Shown: piece after piece, positions 14,320 to 25,679 of the stretch | Numbering within the stretch: the stretch's first letter is position 1 | Layout: every line of letters starts with the position of its first letter | Assembly (NCBI GenBank): GCA_030324005.1 | Contig: JARDVH010000097.1 | Location: forward strand, 19,314,694-19,378,693 | Length of the DNA stretch: 64,000 nt | Source: Negaprion brevirostris | Lineage: Eukaryota | Direction: 5' to 3' | Position numbers and translations under genes: made by a program | Notes under the pieces: generated by a model | The model's input: only the letters and a program-made list of their open reading frames with translations | What the model was told of the DNA's origin: nothing | The model's database searches: none

Positions 14320-14730
14320 GAATAATGGCACTTCTCATTTCTCTGGCACCCATTCCCAAATGCCCACCACGTGGGTGCCAGTGTCTTGTTTTGTGTCATG
14401 TTCATCATGTAAGTCATCGGTGGACTCATCATCTGAAGGGTTTCTTGTGCACAAAATCTCATTGATTGCAGGGCACAGCACACAGCGGTATTGCAAGGAG
14501 ACTTATTCCAGGACTTACTGTAGGACCAACTGAGGCAATAGATTGGCATCTTCATAGATCTCGTGACCACATGGGTTAAGTCCTTGGCCACTTGTGTCTT
14601 AGGGAAGCCCACCATCTCCCCACAGCCTTGTACTCTCAATGCCTGGCTCTGTACAACTATGACGAAATTGACAAACATTTCCACTTTTCTGAACGATGCA
14701 CCAATTGATCTGTCTGCAGCCTGAAAGCTT
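14320..14730 (-). pseudogene. Harbinger transposase remnant
   Basis: QALRVQGCGEMVGFPKTQVAKDLTHV (GFP.V.G.ID.THV motif) and AVCCALQ (CCALHN motif). Confidence 0.7.
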
Positions 14731-17134
14731 CTGAGGGCATGGGCCTATTTGCTGGGAGGATGACCAACTGGTGGTCAGTGCACTAACGTACATTGCAGAA
14801 GAGCAAGAGAGAATGGTGACATACCAACATTTCTGATGGTGACAGCCATTCTCTGCCCCTTGCCAACGATTGAACATTTCGGGATATCATAATGAAAGAG
14901 GAAGAGAAAGGAAATGGAAAAAATACTGTAGACAGAGCTGGACTATCACTGGAGTTCACTGCATGTGTTAGCTAAAATGCAGTGTTGTTAATTTGCACTT
15001 TATTAAATTCATTCATTATGGTTAGTGTTTGAATCCTAATGTGAGGACAGGATGTTAACTTACAATGACAGGAGCAATAAAATCTCCCTCTAAAACCCAT
15101 AGGCCCATCTAGCAGACAGAGCAAGATGTGAATCATTGTGGGTGTATTCGGTTCATGGAGCATGTGCCATTAGAGGTGATGATTGTAGCCTCCATGTTGC
15201 CTTTTAGCAGGAGTTTAGTCAGCCTTAGCTTGAATAAAGGCACTTCTCACCTATTGCCTGATGCCCATCATGTGGATTGTCAGGGCTTTGTTCTGCACCT
15301 TGTTCATATTCTAAGTCATTGCTTATCTCGGCAGCCCTGGGTGAGGGTTTGCTGTCCGCGAGGTTTTCACCTTTTTGCAATTCCAGATTGTGTGGAATGA
15401 TAATCAGAGAGACGCATTGCAGGATGTCCCTGTAAGGCATAGGTCAAGGAATTACCTCTTTAGCTGAGCAATATTATTTTCCATATTGGTCCTGGTGCTG
15501 GCATCAGTGGTATTACACCTTTCATCCACTGGAGACTGTGGATTCCTGATCAGTGTTGTAAATTGTTAACAGATATTCTTTATCACTGATGGACTGTCAC
15601 TGGGGTTGAGTAAGGTAAAAATGTAGTGTTGTTAATTTGCACTTTATTCAATTCATCAGCTATGTAAATATTCATGTGAGGACAGTTACAATGATAGGAA
15701 CACAGACCCAGAGGAGAGTTATTGAGGATGTATCCTGTCTTTGGAGCATTAAAGTTTTCATTTGCTGGTCACTGTGGATTCCTGTTCAGCGTCATGCCTC
15801 TTCAACAGGTACTTCTTGTCACTGACCAGAAAGGTTTTCACTCTTTGAACATGCAGGTTGTTTGCTATCACTGTCAATTCATGTCTCCATTGCAACCATG
15901 ATATAAACAAGTGACAAATGCTCCTGAGGAGCTGTATGCAGTGGGTTAGGAACGTGCACGTATGGACAGAGCATCAACTGAACTGTTTGCACCCTAACAG
16001 CTACAGCAGCATAACTACTGGGACGGTGACCAATTGGATGGCCCTTGAGCTAAAGTGCGTTGCAAAAGGAGAAGAAATATTGGTGAGCTGCCAGTGTGGC
16101 TGATTCAGCTGAATATGTGATTTATTGATCTACTGATTTATTCACAGCAGAACAAAGCCCATATTGCTTGCAAGGGAACCAATGATCTATACATTTCCAG
16201 TGAGCAGAAAGTGGCCATTTGGACCTCAGGTTGGCAGATGAAATGTAGCTGTTTGCACCTGGGAGCTCCCTTCGAGGCACTCCTCATAGTGACAGCCTTT
16301 CCTCTGCCCCACTACCAGTCACTGAGCATCTCAGCATAAGACAATATTGGAGGAGAAGTGCAGTACCCAAAGGTGTGTGAAGGAATCACAGCAGACACAG
16401 AGGGACTGTCACTGGAGTTCAGTGCATGTGTAAGATGAAATGTAGTGTTGTTAATTTGCACTTTATTAAATATTCAATGAAGCATGTGATTGAATATTAA
16501 TGTGAGGGCTAGGCACTAGCTTACAATGATAGGACAACCAAGAAGGGTTATTGGGGGTGTATTCAGCATTTGGAGCATGAAAACTTTCTTTCCCTGGAGA
16601 CTGCATTTCTGTTCAGTTTTGTGCCTCTTTAACTGGTGTTCCTTGTCACTGACCAGAAAGGTTTTCACAGTCTGAACATGGACTGTCATCACTATCAGCT
16701 TGTCCTGTAGGCATACACATTGGGTGCACACATTATCCAATAATGACCACATCAGTGCTCCTGATGGTGACAGCTTTCCTCTGCCCCACCAATGATAACT
16801 GAGCATCTCAGCTTGCTACAGGGTCCAAGGAGGAGTGCAGTCCCCATAGGTGAGTGAAAAAAAATCAATGTAGATATACACAATATCACTGGAGTTCAGT
16901 GCATGTGGAAGGTGAAATGTATTGTTGTTAACTATACTTTATTAAATTCATCAGTATGTGTGTGAATACTAATGTGTTGACCAGACACTAACTACAATGA
17001 CAGGAGCACAGATCAATAAAATCTTCTCCTAAAACTCATCTAGCAGATGGAGCCAGACGTCAGTCATTAAGGATGTATTTTGCCAGTACAGATGCTGATT
17101 GTAGCTTTACTTGCCTCTTAGAGCCGGACTTAGC

Positions 17135-17780
17135 TCTGAATTTCTCTGGTATCCATTCCCTAATGCCCACCATGTGGGTTGCCAGGGTCGTGTTCTGCAT
17201 CTTGTTCATGTTCCAAGTGATCGTTCACCTCAGCAGCCCTTGGGGGTTTGTTGTCCACGAGATCTTCACCTTTTGTAATTCCAGGTTGTGCGGAGGAACA
17301 ACACACAGTGATAATCAGAGAGACGCATTCCAGGATTTACCATTAGGCACTGTTCTAAGTAACTGAATTACCTCTTCAGCAAATGGATGTTACTCTCCAT
17401 GATGGTCCTGGTGCTGGTATTAAACCTTTCATCCACTAGAGACTGTGGATTCCTGTTCAGTGCCATGTCTCTGCAATAGGTATTCCTTAGCATGTGCAGC
17501 TTGTCTGTCAGCATTACCAGCTTGTCCTGCAGGTGTGCCCATAGGGTGAACACATTTCGGAGTAACAAAACCCCTTTTGCTGGCCCACCAGTGCCCGAAT
17601 GTCCAAATGGGTAGAATCTATGGCCACTTGCGGCTTAGGGAAGCCTGCCATCTCCTCAAAATCTTGCAGTCTCTTCCATCTGGGTCTCATCATCTTTAAT
17701 GAAATGTTCCCACTTGCCTGAAAAATGCCTCCATTACAATCACTATGCAAATAGCTGAGAAAAGCTGTACAAGTCATCTG
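17135..17780 (-). pseudogene. Harbinger transposase remnant with internal inversion
   Basis: FEEMAGFPKPQVAIDSTHLDIRALVGQQKGF and LNRNPQSLVDERFNTSTRTIME on -; HVQLVCQHYQLVLQVC on + at 17491-17540. Confidence 0.75.
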
Positions 17781-19164
17781 AGGGGTTGTATTCAGTGGAG
17801 TCGGGATGTGGATTTACGGTCATTGCATCAACTGGACTGTCCACACTTTAACAGGTATTAACAGTTATTGTGGCTGAAACTTAATCACTGGTACGGTGAC
17901 CATCCAGATGGCCTGTGATCTGATGTGCATTGCAGAAAGGGAGGAGATAATGGTGAACTGGAGTTGCGCTGAATCTGATAAACATGTATTCACTGAATTA
18001 TTGTTTTTTCTTGCATGTGAACAGGGCCCATAATGTTTGCAAGAGGGCCAACATGGCCTCAAAGGCCTATCAATGCTCTCAGTAAAACATTGCGATTGTG
18101 AGATAGACAAGAACCTCGGTGTCTCAGTCAGGCCCTGATTCATGTCCCGTAAGCAGGGAGGCCATCTGAACATCATATTGAAAGATGAACAGCAGCTGTT
18201 TGCAACTGAGAACGCAACTTGGGACGGTGCTGATGTCACAGCTTTTCTTCTGCCCTCTGTCAGTGACTCAGCGCTTCACAATGTTGTGGCAACAGAGAAG
18301 ACTCTGGCCACAGGACAGGAGCCTTTCACAATGTCAGAGCCCTCACTGCTCTCAGGAGACCAGTGAACAACAATAATCCAGGCCAATGGAGATCAGAGTC
18401 TGCAATCTGCCCCAATTCAGCTGGCAGTGGTGGGGGAGCAGCATGGCCCAGTATCTGTAAGCAAATGAGTTAATCACTGTAGACTTACAACCATCACTGG
18501 TATTTGATGCATGTGGCACATGAAGAAAAGCAAGCAACATTCAAACCACTCACATAGAAACAAATGACCATCTCCAGTATATAACCTCCTCATGTCATAC
18601 AGATGCATTACCATCATTGAACCCACACAATCAATACACTGGGTACAGCACTGACCAGAAACTGACAGTAACATCACTGAAACAATGTAACAGCCAATGA
18701 GCGTGGGTACTATGATGCAAAGTAAATGTACCAGTGGGTTACTTCAATTTTCATCAACCTTGTGAGTTACCAATGACCAAGTTGGCCAAGTATAGAAGGT
18801 TGCAGCTCTAAGACTGGACTTACAGTGAGAAATCTCAAAGCTAATTAATTAATGACTTGGCTTGGAAAACATGGATAACTGATATATTTTACAATTGACC
18901 ATTCAAATGACGGCAAAGTAATCACTGGATGTAGTCGGTTTTGCTGTATGAAGGAGTGCAAGAAATTCTCTCAGTAAAGGAATGGTAGGTGCATTGTGTG
19001 AAGAGTGCCATAAAGGTTTGAGGATTGAGTACAGATGATCTGTATTATATACTGTGAGCCTGTCAGTTGTATTAAAGTCAGTTGGCCCTGGAGTCTGTCT
19101 TTAAGTGAAAGAGTTGAATAAATGGTGAATATACTTCACTATTTCGGGGATGATGGATACGTCT

Positions 19165-19310
19165 GCAAGGACAGCCTCCCTGTTCTCAGTTCCCCTCAAA
19201 CCCTCCACCAGGCTATCAGGGAATGGTGTGAGGTTCTCCTCCCGAGAGACAGCCAGAGGAGAGCTCCCCATTTGACAAAGAGAGCGTGGATAGAGGACAA
19301 AGATGGTGAG
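19165..19310 (+). pseudogene. Harbinger Myb/SANT-like accessory protein N-terminal remnant
   Basis: SSPQTLHQAIREWCEVLLPRDSQRRAPHLTKRAWIE resembles the Myb_DNA-bind_5 pattern (L.VLL.AV....EVL.P.......K.AW.E); followed by a GTGAGT donor-like site. Confidence 0.65.
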
Positions 19311-20424
19311 TATCTGTGTAGGTGTCTGTGGGACCTGGAAGCTGCACAGGGCAAAGGTACACGACCTGCGTTTAACAAGTATGAGTGTAGAAGCTTAACG
19401 TCAACATGCTGGCATTTCTGTTGGACGGCATTTTGCGGTGGGCATGGGGAGGGTGTCGGACAGGATGTAGGGGCTATAATAATAATGGAAGGGAACCACA
19501 CTCCCAAAATGGCAATTGAACTGGGATCCAATCATGAGCACACTGAGCCTCAAGGGGCCAATGCCCTAGTGTACATTGCAGAAAGACAAGCAACAATGAC
19601 AACTCACCAGTACAGTTGATTCAGATGAATACATGATTTGACCATTTAGCTCGCAGATGAACGTGACTCATTATTACCGGCCTATCAATAGCCTCAATAG
19701 AGTATTGCGGGCGCGAGAAATAGACAGTCTCAATCAGGCTCTGATTCATCTCCACGAAGCAGGGAGGAGCCATTAGAACACACATTGGCAGGTGAACAGC
19801 GGCTGACTACACTTGGAAGCCGCACTCCTGAAGGTGACAGCCTTCGCTCTGCCCTCCCTGCCAGTGACTGAGTGCCCGAGGATGCTGCAGCAACAGAGGC
19901 AGGTTCCTGTCACTGGGCCTCACGGGACCAGGTCATCCAGTCTCCAACTGAGCTGGCAGTGATTTTTAAGCAAGTGTATTAATTAGACACACTGGTGTAC
20001 GATGTACGTGTCAGGCAGAGTTTCTGTTTGATTTGCACTTTATTAAATTTGTCAGTTTGAATGTTAACGCAAGGATTGGGCACTAACTTTCAATGGTAAG
20101 GGCACTAACTTCAGATAAAGATCATAGGCCCTTCTAGCAGGTGGAGTGAGAGGTGAGTCACCAGGGATGTACCCAGTGTTTTGAGAATATTCTAATTCAG
20201 ATGATGGTTGTAAGCCTCCGGTTGGCACTTTATTGATGGCACAAAAGGGCCTTTGCTTATGTGCTGGGATGGTTACCAAATCAATCTCAGTACCCTGTTA
20301 TGCAGAAGGACAAGAGAAAATGGTCACCTGTTAGCACGCCTGTATTTAATGTTGGGGGCACATTCCAGTACAGATGAGGATCTCAGCCTTCAAGCAGCAC
20401 TTCAGCAGCATATCAATGTCTTAG

Positions 20425-21330
20425 GTCTGAATAAGGACACATCTCATTTCTCTATCATCCATTGCCTGATGCCCATCTTGTGTGTTGCTATGAACGGATT
20501 CCGTGTCTTAACCATCATCCAAATCATTGCGCAACTCATCATCTGATGAGTCATAGAGACCTTCATGATCATTGTTCTCAATGTCTTCACTTCCTTGCAA
20601 TGCCAGATTTTGCAGTGCATGACAGACTATGAGGTTCAGTGATATGCTTCCAGGAGAAACTGTGAGCACGGATGAAGCAATGGAACTGCACCTTCAACAT
20701 TTTCAGCAGATGTATGATCCTCTCAATGGTTGCCCTGGAGTTGCCCTGGCTGGCATTAAACCTTGCTTCTATCGGAGCTGGTTGATTAATGTTCTGTCAC
20801 CCTTTCAAGGGGCATTTCTTGTTAACTGCTATCTAGATGTGCAGAAGGGACACAATAAGCAGTGACATTTTATTAAGTTTGTTAATTTTGATATGTTTGA
20901 AGGTTAGTGATGAAAGACATAGTTCTATGAGAAATTGGATGATAAAGATTATCGGTTCTCTTTTCAGACTTAGCCAGGTTTGAATCTTTGCGGACATATT
21001 TAAAGTTTGGAGCACATCACTGTTGTTTGATGCATGTGTGAGGCAGAGAATTGTGTTGTTACTTTGCACTTTATTAAAATCATCAGTAATGTTTTGTGTT
21101 TGAATGATAATGTGTGGACTTGGGACAAATGCCCAAAGACATTGTCCCAAATCCATGAGATGTTTTCATAAAGATCCAAGGCCAGGCAATGGAACCACAT
21201 CTTCAGCAGACCTATGGTTCTCTCGATGGTTGCTCTGGTGGGGCGCTGACCAATGTTAAACCTTTCTTCTGTCAGAGACTGCGGATTAATGTTTTGCCAC
21301 CCATTCAATGGGTATTCCTTTTAAACTGCC
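20425..21330 (-). pseudogene. Two Harbinger transposase C-terminal remnants
   Basis: NPQSLTEERFNIGQRPTRATIERTIGLLKMWFHCL (21170-21308) is a close DDE_Tnp_4 C-terminal motif; a second copy lies at 20425-20830. Confidence 0.8.
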
Positions 21331-21359
21331 ATTCAACTATGTGAATAAGACTGACATTC

Positions 21360-21489
21360 CAAACATTATTCATGTAAATTGAGCTTGTGTCTTTAAATGC
21401 CCTGTTTGAGATCAGAACTCCCACCCACCTGACGAAGGAACAGCCAGTTCCGAAAGCTAGTGATGTTTGCTACAAATAAACCTGTTGGA
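21360..21489 (+). mobile_element. Penelope-like terminal repeat
   Basis: atgccctgtttgagatcagaactcccacccacctgacgaagg...aaataaacctgttgga, homologous to 27160-27255. Confidence 0.7.
21426..21462 (+). ncRNA. Minimal type I hammerhead ribozyme (Penelope-associated)
   Basis: CAC-CTGACGA-A-GGAAC(agcca)GTTCC-GAAA-GC-TA-GTG: core boxes present, helix II, palindromic AGCT helix III, helix I CAC/GTG. Confidence 0.6.
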
Positions 21490-22879
21490 NNNNNNNNNNN
21501 NNNNNNNNNNNNNNNNNNNNNNNNNNNNNNNNNNNNNNNNNNNNNNNNNNNNNNNNNNNNNNNNNNNNNNNNNNNNNNNNNNNNNNNNNACTCTCCAGAT
21601 GTCCTGTGACCTGATTGCAGAAAGGGAGGAGATAATGGTGAACTGGAGTACAGCTGAATCTGACGAATATATGATTCAATTAATTATTGTTTTTCTCACA
21701 AGTGAACAGGGCCCATAATGTTTGCAAAGAGGCCAACATGACCTCAAAGACCCATCAATGCTCTCAGTAAAGCATTGCCGATGTGAGAGATAGACAAGAC
21801 ACTTGGAACCTCAGTCAGGGCCTGATTCATCTCCTGTAAGCAGGGAGGCCATTTGGACGTCGTATTGAAAGATGAACAGCAGCTGTTTGCATCTGAGAAC
21901 ACAGCTTGGGGCCGAGCTGATATCACAGCCTTTCCTCTGCCCTTTGTCAGTGACTCAGCGCTTCACAAAGTCATGGCAACAGAGAATATTCTGGCCACAG
22001 GACAGGAGCTCTTCACAGTGTCAGAGCCTTCACTGTTCTCAGGCGGACAACAGTCTATGTCATCCAGACCAATGGGGATCAGAGTCTGCAGCCTGCCCCA
22101 ATACAGCTGGCGGTGATGGGGGAGCAGCATGGCCCCCAGTACCCATATGTGAGTGAATAAACCACTAGCATGTGGCACATGAAAAGTAGCAAGTAACATT
22201 CACACCATTCACATATAAACAAATGACCATCTCCAACAGATGAGTGTTTTAACTTCCTCATTTCACACAGTTGCATTACCATCATTGAACCCCCACAGTC
22301 AGCACACTGGGCATAACAACTGACTAGAAACTCAACTGAAACATTAACAACAGTGAATCAGTATAAGAGCCAGTCAGAGGGTGGGTACTGTAATGCAAGG
22401 TAAATGTACTAATAGGTTACTTCAATTTTCATCAACATTGTGAGTGGCTTGTTATTATCAATGACCAAGTTGGTCAAGTGTAGAAGGTTGCAGCTCCAAG
22501 ATTGGGCTTTCTGTGAGAAATCTCAAAGCTAATTAATTAATGACCTGGCTTGGTTGGGGAAACATGGATAACTGATATATTTCACAATTGGACCATTCAA
22601 ATGATAGCAAAGTAATCACTGGATGTAATTGATTTTCATAAGCTTTGCTGTGTAAAGGCAGTGTAAGAGATTCCCTCAGTAAAGAAATGGTAGATGCAAT
22701 GCGTGAAGAATGCCATAAATGTCTGAGGTTTGAGTAAAGACGATCTGTATTAAACTCTGTGAGCCTGTCAGTCTAGTTTGAACTCAGTAAGTCTTGGCCC
22801 TGGATCCTGTCTTTGAAAAGTGAAAGAGTTGAATAAATTGTGAATATATTTCACTATTTCAGGAATGATGGGTACGTGT

Positions 22880-23030
22880 ACATGGCCAGCCCCACAGTTC
22901 TCAGTTCCCTTCTAACCCTCCTCCAGGCTATCAGTGAATGGTGTGAGGTTCTCCTCCCAAGAGATGGCAAGTGGAGGGCTTCCCATTTGTCAAAGAGAGC
23001 CTGGCTGGAGGACAAAGATGGTGAGTATCT
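22880..23030 (+). pseudogene. Harbinger Myb/SANT-like remnant (duplicate copy)
   Basis: SSLLTLLQAISEWCEVLLPRDGKWRASHLSKRAWLE, paralog of 19165-19310. Confidence 0.65.
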
Positions 23031-24764
23031 GTGCACATGACTGTAGGACCTGGATGTTGCACAGAACAAAGGTACACAGCCTACGTTTAACAGGTATGAG
23101 TGTACAAGCTTCACGTCAATGTGCTGGCATTTCTGTGGGAGGGCATTATGCGATGGGCATGGGGAGGGTGTCAGGCAGGGTAATGGGTGGGGGAGCTATA
23201 ATAATAATGGAAGGGAACCACACTCCCAAAATGGCAACTGAACTGGTATCCAATCACAAGCATGCTGAGCCTCAAGGGGCCAATGCCCTAGTGTACATTG
23301 CAGAAAGACAAGCAATGATGACAACTCACCAGTATGATTGATTCAGATGAACACATGATTCGACAATTTAGCTTTCACATGAACTTGACCCATAATTACT
23401 GCGGGATGATCAATGGTATGTCAGTAACCTTAACACGGCATTTCAAGTGCGGGAAATAGACAGACAAGACACTTGTCCCAGTCAGTCTCTGGTACACCTC
23501 CACTTAATAGGGAGGGTTCATTTGAACACACATTGGCAGGTGAACAGCGGCTGACTACACTTGGAAGCCGCACTTCTGAAGGTGACAGCCTTCACTCTGC
23601 CCTCCCTGCCAGTGACTGAGTGCCCGAGGATGCTGCAGCAACAGAGGCAGGTTCCTGTCACTGGGCCTCACGAGACCAAGTCATCCAGTCTCCAACTGAG
23701 CTGGCAGTGATGTTTAAGCAAGTGAATGAATTAGACACACTGGTGTACGATGTACGTGTCAGGCAGAGTTTGTGTTGATTTGCACTTTATTAAATTTGTC
23801 AGTTTGACTGTTAGCACAAGGATTGGGCACTAACTTTCAATGGTAGGGGCACTAACTTCAGATAAAGGTCATAGGCCCTTCTAGCAGGTGGAGTGAGAGG
23901 TGAGTCACCAGGGATGTACCCAGTGTTTAGAGAATATTCTAGTACACATGATGGTGTAAGCCTCCAGTTGGCACTTTATTGGTGGCACAAAAGGGCCTTT
24001 ACTTAGTTGGTGGGATGGTGGGCAAATCAATCTTAGTGCCTTGTTATGCAGAAGGAAAAGAGAAAATGGTCATCTGTTAGTGCGGCTGATCAAGATGTGT
24101 GATTCATTGATTCACTGTTTTACACACAGCAGGTTCAAAGTGCCTGCAAAGCCCAGAGAGGAACCAATGGCCTCAACAAGCTAATTGAAAGGGAGGGATG
24201 GTGCTTTGTCAATCCGAGTTCGGAATGACTTCTGGAAAGCAAGAAGATGCCACTTAGACCTCTCATGTTGGCAGATGAAAAGCTCTTTAGATACTGCAGG
24301 CTGTGAAAAAAGCCTTTCCTTTGCCATATCGCAGTGACAGAAGCCAGAGGTTAACAGCCCCTCAAAATGTCAGGGATCTCGCAGCCTCACAATGCCAGAG
24401 CATGGCGGCTCAGGTCATTCAGGCCAATGGGACAACAGATTGAGCAGTCACCGTCTGCAATCGGCACAGCACCCATAAAAGTGAGTGAATAAATAACTGT
24501 AGAGTGCGAGGGCATTGACAGTCATTGATGCATGTGTGAGAGAGTATAGTGTCATTAATTTGCACTTTATTCAATGTCAGTTTGGATATGTGTTTGAATG
24601 TTGTAGCATAGAGGCATACTTCACTGAGACTTTTGGATAAAGATCGTCGACCTTCATTGCAGAACTCACCAGAGGTAAATCATTGTGGATGTATTTAGTG
24701 TTGGGAGCATGTTCCAGTACAGATGAGGATCTCAGCCTTCATGTAGCATACTGATGTCTTAGAT

Positions 24765-25170
24765 CTGAATAAGGGCACATCTCATTTCTCTGTCATCCAT
24801 TCCCTGATGTCCATCTTGTGAGTTGACACGGACAGATTCTGTGTCTTGTCCATCATCCAAATCATTGCGCAACTCATCAGCTGATGAGTCATAGAGGCCC
24901 TCAGGATCCTTGTTCTCAATGTCTTCACTTCCTTGCAATGACAGATTTTGCAGTCCATGACAGACAATGAAGTTCAGTGATATGATTCCAGGAGAAACTG
25001 TGAGCATGGATGAAGCAATAGAACTGCACCTTCAACATCTTCAGCAGATCTATGGTCCTCTCACTGGTTGCCCTGGAGTTGCCCTGACTGGCATTAAACC
25101 TTGCTTCCATTGGAGCTGGTTGATTAATGTTCTGCTCCCCTTTCAAGGGGCATTTCTTGTAAACTGCTAA
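24765..25170 (-). pseudogene. Harbinger transposase C-terminal remnant
   Basis: EARFNASQGNSRATSERTIDLLKM, IVCHGLQNL, acidic tail, REMRCALIQI*. Confidence 0.75.
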
Positions 25171-25679
25171 CTAGATGTTAGCAATGAGCAGTGACATTTT
25201 ATTAACTTTGTTAGTTTTGATATATGTCTGAAGGTTAATGGTGGAAAGACGTAGTTCCATGAGAAATTGGATCATAAAACTCATTAGCTCTCTTTACAGA
25301 CTTAGCCAGAGTTGCAACTTTGAGGACCTATTCAAAGTTTGGAGCACATCACCGTTGTTTGATGCATGTGAGAGGCAGAGAGTTCTATTGTTCATTTGCA
25401 CTTTATTAAAATCATCAGTAGTGTTTTGTGTTTAAATGACTTGGGGTGGACTTCAAAGAAAATCCAGAGACCCTCTGATAAATATCCGATATCATGTAAC
25501 AGAACCACATCTTCAACAGATGTACAGTTCTCTTGATCGTTGCCCTGATGGTGGCCTCAGCAGCATTAAACCTTTCTTCTATCAGAGACTGTGGATTCAC
25601 AGAATACCCCCATTCAATGGATATTCCTTGCAAACCACCATCCAGCTGTGCAGTGACATAAGGAAATGCGACATTACCT

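Noticed and set aside
19122-19619. 165 aa ORF as an intact gene
   Set aside because: Only ~45 aa resemble a truncated Myb/SANT domain, and the paralog at 22840 has a stop shortly afterwards.
20543-20570. Hammerhead-like CTGATGAGTC-ataga-GAC (also at 24882)
   Set aside because: No GAAA core follows; the sequence is the antisense of the transposase acidic tail.
21020-21088. Box C/D snoRNA or SECIS reading of hairpin B (CTGATGA on -)
   Set aside because: No terminal box D (CTGA) or SECIS GA quartet in a consistent position across copies.
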